DNA of 63,292 nucleotides, counting the filler, from Octopus bimaculoides (Eukaryota), in assembly GCF_001194135.2 (NCBI RefSeq). It is 5 parts of 4 records of this genome, joined end to end, with 100 filler letters (N's around TTAATTAATTAA, not from the genome) between each part and the next. Parts side by side here need not be neighbours in the genome. Positions count along the whole stretch, not along the records: positions 1 to 25,428 come from NC_068990.1; 4 more parts are not named here. One strand, given 5' to 3'. The number at the start of each line of letters is the position of its first letter. Position 1 is the first letter of the stretch. Position numbers and translations under genes: made by a program. Positions 1 through 11,367 of this stretch are shown in pieces. Under the pieces are notes generated by a model, which was not told the DNA's origin, did not search any database, and was given only the letters and a program-made list of their open reading frames with translations.

Positions 1-511
1 TTCTTCTTCTTCTTCTTCTTCTTCTTCTTCTTCTTCTTCTTCCTCCTCCTCCTCTTCAGTTACGTTACAGCACGAGTGTGGTCTCGCAGCAAAAACCTCA
101 ACGTAGTCACTCGACCTTCACAAAACTGCAGCTAAAACCTTCCGCAAACACCTAACTCGGCCCTAAATAATCTCTTAAAAAACAGTTGACTCTACAAGAT
201 AAACTAATTACTCTTTATCGTTTTATGAAGCTGCCTCGGCCATTGTTGTTGCAAATATCCTTGTTGTTGTTGCTGGTAATGGTATTGTTATCATTAGTTT
301 TTCTTTCATGTTCTTGTGTGTGTTTTGGTAATGTTAGTGAGGCGTGGTGCAAGAAGTGTGAGTGGTAGCGAGAGGAGGTTTAGCACCGGATAAAGTCAGT
401 CAGTTAGTTCAACAGGCGTCTGAGCGTCTGAAAGTAGTCGCTCTGTTAAAGAACTGTAAACTGAGAAATTACGGAACGGGACACTCCCATTTCAATACCG
501 ACTGCTGCTGC

Positions 512-549
<38 letters not shown>

Positions 550-702
550 TTGTATGTATGCGTGTGTGTGTGTGTGTGTGTGCGTGTACATGTGTGTGTG
601 TGTGTGTGTGTGTATGTGTGTATGTGTGTGTGCGTGTATGTGTGTGTATGTGCGTGTATGTGCGTGTATGTGTATGTGTGTGTGTATGTGTGTGTGTATG
701 TG

Positions 703-759
<57 letters not shown>

Positions 760-920
760 ATTTTTAATTGATAATGGAAAGAACTTTAAGTATTCGCGTA
801 TTTTAAAACCTGCGAAAGGAAAAAAAATTTAGAAAAAAAACTTAAAACATAATAGAAAAAGAAAGTTGTACCAACACAGTTCCATATATATGTATGCATA
901 CATGTATGTATGTATGTATG

Positions 921-982
<62 letters not shown>
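1..982. repeat. Microsatellite cluster: (TTC)n at 1-56, (CTG/TTG)n(TG)n at 503-760, (TATG)n(TATC)n at 902-982
   Basis: Directly visible. Representative of dozens of (TG), (TA), (GA), (ATT), (AGT) and (GAA) tracts across the window. Confidence 0.95.
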
Positions 983-984
<2 letters not shown>

Positions 985-2102
985 GCATCTAGTGTTTTTC
1001 ATTCGCAAAATGAGCCCCCTTTAATTTTGCTCCGAATGCTTTCAATTTTGGTGTATCGATGCGACTCTGAATTTTGATTGCGATCAACCAATTACTGTAT
1101 TTCATAAATTAAAGAATCTGATGTTATTTGGTATTAAAGTTAGGAAATTTGGGTAATTTTAACCAATCAACAGACAGCGAGGTATTAACAGCTTGTTACC
1201 ATGACAACCGCACGTTGTGTTGTGTTTCACCCGCATGTTATGCTGATTCTTCACACGATGAGATATACTTCACCTGCGTGTTTTGTCTTGATTAAAATTC
1301 ATATTTATCAATTAGAATTTTATTATAGATATTTTTCGTCAATTGTCTAAATATTTTACATATTTTTCATATATAGCAAAAGTTGTTTGCGATGTTTATA
1401 CAGTTTCTTGGCATTATGAAGGTGAATGGAATACGTGAACTTAATACAGATAATTTGACATTAATTTTGAATTCTGCATGCAAAAAACATAGAAGGAACA
1501 GGTATTCTTTTTCTTGGGACAAATTCTTTGTTGGCCAGTGTTATTCTTATAGTAGTTTACAAATCCAAACACGAAAACGTTACTCAAATTTGAAGTTTTG
1601 GAAACAGACGCCCTCTTCACACACACGTGCGCGCACTTATATATTAATGATGTACACAAATACATGACAGGTATACATAATACTGAAATACGCATAAAGT
1701 AAACACACGCAGACAAATATATTAATATAACAAAATTAAAAAAATAATAAAAACATACCATCAATGAGATGATATTTGTTGACTTTATTAGGTATTTCTG
1801 TTTATTTAGAGACCTACAGACGCTAAACTATAAATTTCACAGGGTATAACCTTAAAGTTGACACCGTTCCCGCTAAACGCAGAACATTTCTGTCTCGTTA
1901 TTGGCTAAAAATATATAGTTTTTAGAATTTTAAACCTCTGTAACCTTTTTCTCCAGTTTTTTTTCTCCACAATATTATACCTTCATAGCAATTAGACTGG
2001 AAAACTATATTATTATAGCCGATTTTCAGATTTTAACTCTTTCAAAAAAAAAATGCATATTTTGCAAATAAAAAAACAAGATCCTATATATATATCATCG
2101 TT

Positions 2103-2300
2103 TATCTTTTACTTGTTTCAGTTAATATCAGCGGCCATGATAGGGCACCTCCTTGAGCAATTTTTTATCGATGAATCGATCCCAGTATTTTTTTTTCATT
2201 TCTTTTATTAACCAGGTACTTGTTGTATCGGTTTATTTTGCCGAACCGCTCAGTTATGAGGTCGTAAACACACCAACACTAGTTGTCAAGCGGTGGACAA

Positions 2301-2302
<2 letters not shown>
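2103..2302 (-). mobile_element. SINE family A, 3' half, diverged
   Basis: ttttacttgtttcag..gcggccatg..gccgaaccgct..gttgtcaagcg aligns to the 3' half of the other A copies. Confidence 0.75.
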
Positions 2303-2341
<39 letters not shown>

Positions 2342-3700
2342 CACACACACCGAACATATAGTTGATGTAAATATTTAATAACGGGTTTACTCAGATCCAC
2401 ATGGTTTAAAGTTTCTTAAGCGCAGAACACGTTCACATTATCAAAAGTATGAAATCAAAATGGAGAAAACTTATAATACAGTTTAAAATGTCTTTTAGGT
2501 AAGAATATTCACATCTGGACTGTTTTTGCTGTTGCAGACAAGCATCCTAGACTCCATCCATTTACTTTGAACGTTCGTTGAGTCTCTACAAAACATATTT
2601 ACATATGGGCTTTAGACTAGTTTGAAAGCTCTACGATGGTGCACTTACCACCCACGCACCAAAACATCCCGTCACAGATTTACACAATCAGAATCGTATC
2701 TAAAAATAGTCTTTCTTCCACTAACTAATTATAATACCAATATAGTCCTGGCTGTAACTAAACGTGCACACAGAGTCATACTCAAGCTGTGAAATTAAGA
2801 CCCGTAGTATGATTGTAGGGATTTTCGGTAAATTGAAATCAAGACCGAAACCTCCGCATTTGTTCCACATCAATAATTTATTACTATACGCATATTAATT
2901 AAACACCGACACGATAAATAGTGTATGTTTTGTACTGTAGAAGAAATCTATGGTCTTAGCTGATGCTGCATATATAATTAAATTGTGAGCTATTATACGA
3001 TACATTTTAATTAGTTAATACGCATGCAATATTGGTTGAAATTTTTGCTGTACCCAGAAGTACATTACACCGCCTAGAATGCATATTAAATTAAGGTCAC
3101 AGAGTGTTGCAAAGCCGAGATGGCTCTAAGCGGAAGCATGGTGTAGGCTTCATCGTCAAAAACAACAGCAACTGAGTAAATTCATTCAAAAAGGCCATTC
3201 TCTTGAAAGTAAAACCGAAACAGGATTTCAAAAAGTTTTAGAATGCCCAGATTAATATATACTTGCAAAAAAGTATGTCGAAATGGTTTATTTTCGATCA
3301 GATATCGATATTGGGATAATTTCTTCCAGATATACACTGGAAAATATAGAAGACATTGAAAATTTCACATCGGTTTTTGTCACGCACGTCACATCAGGTA
3401 AATGAGAATTGTGACCACCGACATTTTTGTCCAGCAAAGTTATTAGCATTTTTTGAAATCTCAAGGTCTGTATAAATAAATACCTTGAGTCTTTTATGGT
3501 GCTCTAGAGATATTCAGAGGAATTAGCGATTAACATTTTCAGGTGAAAGAAGTTTTTTCTGCAATGTTTCGCGTTTCACACTTTGAATCCTTTTCCAAAG
3601 AATTCACCATATACTCCAGCTTAAAATTTCTTGTTTAATACTTGCCTGAATAGGTAAACTTTACCGTGAAAAAGGAACCAATACAATCGTTTAAGATTTA

Positions 3701-4175
3701 CCGAATTTTAACGTGTATAAGGAACCCTCGTGTATAAGGTACTCCCTAATTTTGTGGACTTAAAATTTGGAAAAAAAGGTTCTGTAAGGGATTATAATAC
3801 TATCCATGTATAAGAAACTTCCATATTTTTAAACCTAATTTTTGACCAAAAAATGGTTCTTTATACATGTTAAAATGTAGAAGCGCAATGGCCCAGTGGT
3901 TAGGACAGCGGACTCGCAGTCGGAGGATCGCGGTTTCGTTGTGAGAGTTTATTGAGCGAAAATACCTAAAGCTCCACGAGGCTCCGGCAGGGAGTGGTGG
4001 CGACCCCTGTTGTACTCTTTCGCTCCAACTTTCTCTCACTCTTTCTTCCTGTTTCTTGAGCTGCGATGGACTAGCGTCCCGTCCAGCTGCGGGGGGGGGG
4101 GACACATACGCCATAGAAACCGGGAAACCGAGGGTGCATATATAAAATTAATAAATAAAACATGTTAAAATACGG
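3701..4175. mobile_element. TA-flanked Tc1/pogo-type MITE (about 180 bp) interrupted by a SINE
   Basis: Left TIR ta|ccgaattttaacgtgtataag. Right TIR ttatacatgttaaaat..acgg|ta, split by the SINE at 3877-4159. Confidence 0.75.
3877..4159 (+). mobile_element. tRNA-derived SINE, family C, near full length
   Basis: Head gtagaagcgcaatggcccagtggttaggacagcggactcg (A box; B box partly deleted). A-rich tail. 12-bp TSD acatgttaaaat at 3865-3876 and 4160-4171. Confidence 0.85.
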
Positions 4176-4504
4176 TACATCGTAGGTATTTTGTAATTTG
4201 TGTCTTTGACTGTAACGTACGTCTCGAGAGAATGACTCATCAGTTGCACAACAATTTATCTAACACGTTCACTAACATACGTATTACTGTAAAACTGCAA
4301 GGTATTACCGTATGTCTTACCGTAATCCAAGTCTGTATGTACGTGTGTGTGTATATAACAGGTGTGTATATTCACACACAAAGACATATATGTAAAACGC
4401 ACACATACACACACAAATACACACATATGTACCTGCATACATATACATATGTATACGCGTTCACAAACACATTTTAAGTATGTGCATGCGTACGTGTGTA
4501 TTAT

Positions 4505-4646
4505 AGAAGAAGACGAAAAAGAGGAAGAAGTCGAAGAAGAAAAAGAAGGAGAAGAAGGAGGAGGAGGAGAAGAAGAAGAAGAAGAAGAAGAAGAAGAAGA
4601 AGAAGAAGAAGAAGAAGAAGAAAAGGAAGAAGAAGAAGAAGAAGAA
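4505..4646. repeat. (GAA)n/(GGA)n microsatellite
   Basis: Directly visible. Source of the poly-E/R/F/L ORFs. Confidence 0.95.
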
Positions 4647-6224
4647 ATATTCTACCAATATTTAACTTTTTCTGGACATTGTTAAACATTGCCGTTGTTT
4701 CTGTGTATCTTTCACAAACCAGTTATTTCTTGTTTATTTTCGAGTCTTAACAAACCTTAAGTATTTCCACCCCCGCCCACCCCCTTTAGACATCATTATT
4801 GTTATATCATCCGACCATCACCACCACTGATACNNNNNNNNNNNNNNNNNNNNNNNNNNNNNNNNNNNNNNNNNNNNNNNNNNNNNNNNNNNNNNNNNNN
4901 NNNNNNNNNNNNNNNNNNNNNNNNNNNNNNNNNNNNNNNNNNNNNNNNNNNNNNNNNNNNNNNNNNNNNNNNNNNNNNNNNNNNNNNNNNNNNNNNNNNN
5001 NNNNNNNNNNNNNNNNNNNNNNNNNNNNNNNNNNNNNNNNNNNNNNNNNNNNNNNNNNNNNNNNNNNNNNNNNNNNNNNNNNNNNNNNNNNNNNNNNNNN
5101 NNNNNNNNNNNNNNNNNNNNNNNNNNNNNNNNNNNNNNNNNNNNNNNNNNNNNNNNNNNNNNNNNNNNNNNNNNNNNNNNNNNNNNNNNNNNNNNNNNNN
5201 NNNNNNNNNNNNNNNNNNNNNNNNNNNNNNNNNNNNNNNNNNNNNNNNNNNNNNNNNNNNNNNNNNNNNNNNNNNNNNNNNNNNNNNNNNNNNNNNNNNN
5301 NNNNNNNNNNNNNNNNNNNNNNNNNNNNNNNNNNNNNNNNNNNNNNNNNNNNNNNNNNNNNNNNNNNNNNNNNNNNNNNNNNNNNNNNNNNNNNNNNNNN
5401 NNNGCCACCGCCACCGCCACCCCACCACCAGTCTTTCTGTTTGCACGCTGCTGTAGAGCCTTCAAGCTCTGCGCTTTGGTTTGCTCGTTTGCTGGCAATG
5501 TTTGTCTAAACGTAAAATATGGTATTAGCTGTAAGATGCTGCAACTCTCGGAGGAATCTACAACAGGAAAGGTACATTCGACCTACAGACAGCAACAACA
5601 ACAACAACAACAAGGGCAACGGAAACAGCAAACAGCTCACCGTCGCACCAAGTAACCTTCTGCTTTCCTGCCTTTGTATTTACTTTATATTCTCTCACTC
5701 CCACCCTCTCACCACCACTATCAACCTCTAGCCTTTAACACTCAACTCCTTCCCCAGGACCATTACACAAAGAAGACTCAATGCGGTCCCTTGATCAGCT
5801 AGAAATAACAGCCAAATTCAACCGCCAGCATCTTCGGTTACGGCCGAACCACAAAGTCCCCCCCCCCATTTCCTCTTGGCTATGCTCTGTTGGCATAGAC
5901 TTTGGTAGACTTTTCATCTGGTTTTCACCAATCAGTTGTTATTTTGGACTTTAGTGTACTAGTTCCCGCTTTCTTTCTCAGTCAGTGAAGTATTTTTGTT
6001 CTTTCAGCTTTTCTACTACAGTTCTTGTTATTCATTCGGAGAACTAGAGTGTACCTAAGGCTGCGATCCCCATTGTTTCAAGACAGAAATATTATTTGCG
6101 GTTAAGATTCGATATTTTCACACCTGAATCAGAGCACATTTCTATGCATCTCTATTAGTCGAAAAAAACTTGCATAAATACGGGAATCACGATGTCACGG
6201 CTATTATTTCAGTCGTAGACCAAA

Positions 6225-6300
6225 TATTGGGAATCCATGGATCAAAGAAGCTATCCTCATTAGGCAACATAAACAAGTTATCAACAACCGATAAGAAGTG
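6225..6300 (+). mobile_element. Possible Penelope GIY-YIG C-terminal relic
   Basis: IKEAILIRQHKQVINNR resembles the I-K-E-A-I-x-I..N-R ending. Short match only. Confidence 0.3.
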
Positions 6301-7103
6301 AACGTAGCGCATTCGCTAATCTATCCATTCTCGCTAGTCTCCGTGTAACATAAATTTTAATCTCACTTCCTTCTCGCATACACATAGCCTTTCCTCCATG
6401 TAATGGCAATAGATTTTCGAAAGATTCCTTACGCAACACAATGTACAACCCTACAATCTTCACATTTCAACAACAAATGGCCTAACCTCATCACTCACTC
6501 CTGAAATTGCAAATAACATGTTCACCCGCAGTATGGTATTAAATATTTAAAACTAAACCTGTAAACATAGAATGTATATATATATACGCAAGTACGTACG
6601 CACGTATGTATGTATGTATGTATGTATGTATGTATGTATGTATGTATGTATGCATGCATGCATGCATGAATGTATGATCTATGTATGCATGAACATATAG
6701 CGTTCAGTATCTCATCTCGTTCGGCTTAACGGCCCTCAACGTTTGTTTTCACTGTTTAGTTTTCCCTGTCTTGGTTTCTGTTTGCCACTTTGGAACCTTC
6801 CGCATAGCAGGTATTGCTTTGCGGGAAGAGCAATTCTAAGAGCGCGTTGTGCCTCATCTTCGAAACGTCTAGTTTAGAATAGAGGCAGCTGATGAAGGAA
6901 AAGTTCCATATGTGGCTTGTCTGTTTTCCCATGTGTTCATTCCGTAAAAAAGTTCGTTTTTTGTGCTTTATATATGTTCTCGTTCCTTTTTTGTCCACGT
7001 TTTTTTGACGTACTGTACCCGGATATGCATCTATATATACATATAGATGTAGGTATGTACATATATGTATGTATATATGCATATGCTCACATATCATTTG
7101 TAG

Positions 7104-7146
<43 letters not shown>

Positions 7147-7640
7147 TATACGTATATGCATATCTTTTTTTTTTTTGATCCCTTTTGATCGAACTACCCC
7201 CTTTTCCTTCCTACGATCCCTTTTGATCGACCCCCCTTTTTTTTCTTCCCCCTCCCAAAAAGAAAAGCTCTACATTGTATTTGTCCCATCTTCGTTGAGC
7301 CCTGTGTGGCTAATAAAAGAAATGTATCTATCTATCTATCAGTTTGCGTTACGAACAAAGAGCACGCAGTTTGTGTTTTGTAGACATTTAAAGTCTATTT
7401 TAATTGGCTCCATACCCACTTGTATAATTATAAAGTGTAGCATTATTTCTGAAGTCCTTTTCACAACTATTGACTTGAGATTTTATGAAGGCCTTACAGG
7501 TTTTTAATCGTATCAGATACGGTGATTAGTTGGAACGTATGAATTACAGAACTGAATTCCTTTAAAACTCCGAGTTCAGCTATAATTTGATTCGCGTGAG
7601 TTGTTACATATCCTTTTGCTCCACTAATGATTGTTGAATT

Positions 7641-7838
7641 AGGCTCAAGGCCAGCAATATCGAGGAGCAAGTCGGTGTCATCGACTCCAGTACTTGATTG
7701 ACAGCTACTCTATTTTATCGACCGTGAAAGGCTGAAAGGCAAAGTTGACCTCAGCTGGATATGAACTCCAGACTTAAAGAGCCGGAACAAATACCGCAAA
7801 GCATATTTTCCGACGCTCTCACAATTCTGCCGATTCAC
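7641..7838 (-). mobile_element. SINE family B, diverged
   Basis: ttttatcgaccgtgaaaggctgaaaggcaaagttgacctc core on the minus strand. Confidence 0.75.
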
Positions 7839-7989
7839 AGTAATTAATCGAATCGTTAAAGTATATTTTGGAAAGAAGATTCGTAAAATACTAATCTGTG
7901 TCGTCTGGTTACCTACTGTTCTTTGAATTTTCTTCTACGACATTGACGTCAAGTGAGCAGCTGCCTTCCACCAAACAATTAGCATTATA

Positions 7990-8249
7990 GGCGTAGGAGT
8001 GGCTGTGTGGTAAGTAGCTTGCCTAGCAACCACATGGTTCCGGGTTCAGTCTCACCAAAGCCTTGTGAGAGGATTTGGTAGACGGAAACTGAAAGAAGCC
8101 TGTCGTATATATGTATATACATGTGTGCATGTATGTTTGTGTGACTGTATTTGTCCCCCCCCCCCCAGCATCGCTTGACAACCGATGCTGGTGTGTTTAC
8201 GGTCTCGTAACTTAGCGGCTCGGCAAAAGAAATCGATAGAATAAGTACT
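7990..8249 (+). mobile_element. SINE family A, internally deleted and 3' truncated
   Basis: Head ggcgtaggagtggctgtgtggtaagtagcttgc..ccgggttcagt. Ends at ataagtact against the transposase relic. Confidence 0.9.
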
Positions 8250-9020
8250 TTGCATCTCTGTGTTAAATTGAATGTGTGGGCCGGAGTCCCGTCTTGAATG
8301 AAGGTGTAACGGTCATCAAAGATTTCTGTGACCCAGGGTAACACTTTCTCATCCAACATTTCCACATAAACTTCACTGTTGACCTTGACGCCAGCATCAA
8401 TGAAGATCAAAGGAGACTTGGATATATCAAATGCAACTGCGGCCGACACCATGAATTAAGCCGACGTCTGACGGCGTAAATGGCTCCTGCTACCTTCGGC
8501 AAGTCTACCACATTACGTACCTAAGACCTGTTATTCTGCCTGTTGGTAACTGTCTCCACGGTGAAGATCTTCTTGTCGGACCAGATTAGCACTTTGTTAG
8601 CAGTCCGTTTCATCTCAGCTAATATGGTTTTACCCCTGTCGAGCCGTTTCTTCTTGGAAGCTTCTGAAATTAACTGCTGGGATTGTTTCTTGTATGCAGT
8701 TGGCTTTAGAATCCTCTTTAAAAATCCTGTGCATTGATGATTTCGAAATATCAAGAGTTTTTGTAGGTTTCTTGTGCTCTTGCGGGGATTTTGGTTCATT
8801 CGTGTCTTCAACGCTTCAACGTTTCAACAGTTTGTTTGGTACAAATTGATCGATTTCTACCAGGATTTGGCTTGCTAGAGGAAGTAGCGGACTCCATATA
8901 TCGTTTCCAAGTATTGAACATTGTTTTACAGCACACATTCAACAGTTTTATTATGTCCTTGTTACTCACTCCATCTGTTTGCAAAACGACAATCTGGTAA
9001 CATTTTGCTTTCGACGCCAT
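8250..9020 (-). mobile_element. Decayed Tc1/mariner transposase, probably maT (Bmmar1-like)
   Basis: Frameshifted ORFs 9020-8808, 8811-8521 and 8452-8250 give an HTH-like N-terminus, WSDKKIFTVE..NRQNNR, MVSAAV..SPLIFIDAGVKVNSEVY and QDGTPAH. The third catalytic Asp is missing (truncated at a SINE). No TIRs identified. Confidence 0.85.
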
Positions 9021-9202
9021 GTTTGTTTATTTGTGTATTTCTAGTCCATTCACAGTTTCGTTTTAGTACTAAACTATACCACAAAGTATATCTATAAAGT
9101 TGTAATCAACACTGAATGTATAAACAGACGTAAAGCCAACATAAGACTGAAAATAGTCCGAGTAATCCTATAATCCGCGTAAGGCCTCAAGTAAACTAAA
9201 TA

Positions 9203-9706
9203 GGCGTAGGAGTGTCTGTGCGGTAAGTAGCTTGCTTACAAACCACATGGTTCCGGGTTCAGTCCCACTGCGTGGCACCTTGGGCAAGTGTCTTCTACTA
9301 AAGCCTCGGGCCGACTAATGCCTTTTGAGTGGATTTGGTAGGCGGAAACTGAAGGAAGCCCGTCGTATATATATATATATATATATATATANNNNNNNNN
9401 NNNNNNNNNNNNNNNNNNNNNNNNNNNNNNNNNNNNNNNNNNNNNNNNNNNNNNNNNNNNNNNNNNNNNNNNNNNNNNNNNNNNNNNNNNNNNNNNNNNN
9501 NNNNNNNNNNNNNNNNNNNNNNNNNNNNNNNNNNNNNNNNNNNNNNNNNNNNNNNNNNNNNNNNNNNNNNNNNNNNNNNNNNNNNNNNNNNNNNNNNNNN
9601 NNNNNNNNNNNNNNNNNNNNNNNNNNNNNNNNNNNNNNNATTTGCTCAACTAAAGACGGTGCTCCAGCCTGGCCGGAGTCAAATCACTGAAACAAGTAAA
9701 AGAATA
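9203..9706 (+). mobile_element. SINE family A, gap in the internal microsatellite
   Basis: Same head and tail (..actgaaacaagtaaaagaata) as the other copies. Confidence 0.9.
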
Positions 9707-9724
9707 AATATATATATATATATA

Positions 9725-9975
9725 TATATAATACAAAATGGTACAAGAGCGCAAAACATCCAGACAGACGATACAAAGAAAACAAGGACGGGTCATTCGG
9801 AGTTTTCTTTCCTCAGTCGAGTTCCAGATTATCTTTGCAATTTTGGCTGGTTATACTCAAGATTGCTCCAATCTGGCCAGCCCCAAGGAAAAACTAAGCT
9901 AAGAGCATCAGATTCCTTGGAAGAAAGCAGCGAAGGTATATAAAAACAAGGACGGAAAAAACGAACAACGTTACA
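9725..9975 (-). mobile_element. Dispersed repeat, possibly a Penelope terminal repeat (second copy at about 14735-15010)
   Basis: Both copies share gacgatacaaag..caggacgg..tcagtc..aatctggc..ctaagctaag.gcatca. The reverse complement carries CTGANGA..CGAA. Confidence 0.55.
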
Positions 9976-10044
9976 CAAATATATATATATACATGATTAT
10001 ACACGCTTACATACACATAGATACCTGCCTTATATACATACATA

Positions 10045-10314
10045 TTTTTTTATGCGCCCTTTTAAAGCCTAGCCAGGTTCACGGGCCCGGTTTCCCGGTT
10101 TCTATGGCGTATGTGTCCTCCCCAGCTGGACGGGACGCCAGTCCATCGCGGCATTACTCAAGAAACAGGAAGAAAGAGTGAGAGAAAGTTGGGGCGAAAG
10201 AGCTTTTGGTGTTTTCACTCAATAAACACACACAACACCCAGTCTGGGAATCGAAACCGTGATCCTCCGATCGCGAGTCCGCTGCCCTAACCACAGAGGC
10301 CATTGCGCCTCCAC
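10045..10314 (-). mobile_element. tRNA-derived SINE, family C
   Basis: Reverse-complement match to 3877-4159, with A box and GGTTTCGATTCCC B box. Confidence 0.85.
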
Positions 10315-10927
10315 TTATACATACATATACATACAATATATATGTGTGTATGTGTGTGTGTATGTGTGTGTGTGTATGTGTGTGTATGTGTGTGTGTATG
10401 TGTGTGTGTGTATGTGTGTGTGTGTGTGTTTCAAACTAGATTTCAGTGATTGATGCTAAATTATTCAAAATACTTCGTTTCATTCAGTTTGTTTACTACC
10501 ATACACTCTCTTTCTATTTCACTCTCTCTCTTCACACGCACACACACACACACACGTACTCGCACACGCTCGCGCGCGCACAAGCACGCACTATTCTCAT
10601 ACTCACACACAGCATCCTCCAGCCCCCCCCGCCTCCACTTTCCATCATCCACGCTTTACTTTCTTCGCGTTTCTCAACGTATCCGCTTCTTATTCCTTCC
10701 ACGCTTTCAACCAAGTGAAGTAATAAGGCGTTGCCTGTAATAAAGACCATTGGTATTTGTGCTGCCATCTGGATTAGATATTAAGAACTATCGCTAATAT
10801 AGCTACAACTTTCAGACGTACTTTAGAAACTACTTCAGAATTTAAAATTGCCCCCATGTCTGGCTACACATTACAGCTTACTATTTTACCATTCTTTTAC
10901 AATATGCCCCAATCCTTTATCCATTCA

Positions 10928-10989
<62 letters not shown>

Positions 10990-11030
10990 GTAGTAGTAGT
11001 AGTAGTAGTATTTGTATTATTAGTATTGTA

Positions 11031-11260
11031 AGGTGGCAAGCTGGTAGAATCGTTAACATGCCGCAAAAAAAAAGGTGCTTAGCGGCATTTCTTCCGGCTG
11101 TACGTTCTGAACTCAAATTCCAGCGAAGTCGACTTTGACTTTCATCCTTTACCGGGGTTGATAAAATAAGTACCAGTTGAGCACTGGAGGTGGGGGCGGG
11201 AAGGGGTCGATGTAATCAACGTAACCCCTCCCCTGAAATTGCTGGCCTTGTGCCAAAATT
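11031..11260 (+). mobile_element. SINE family B (B1 tail) in (ATT)n
   Basis: ggtggcaagctggtagaatcgttaac..gactttcatcctttaccggggttgataaaataagtaccag..cccctccc..ccttgtgcc. A second B head follows at 11367-11425. Confidence 0.85.
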
Positions 11261-11275
11261 CTTCTTCTTCTTCTT

Positions 11276-11367
<92 letters not shown>

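Noticed and set aside
225-368. Signal-peptide-like MKLPRPLLLQISLLLLL
   Set aside because: The hydrophobicity comes from a (TTG)n tract, and no linked downstream exon was found.
3110-3175. HGVGFIV motif suggesting a LINE endonuclease
   Set aside because: A seven-residue match only, with no supporting flanks.
3883-3950. tRNA genes at SINE heads (also 10250-10314, 26415-26490, 30362-30435, 35590-35650)
   Set aside because: A/B boxes are present, but there is no complete cloverleaf and each head continues into a shared SINE body.
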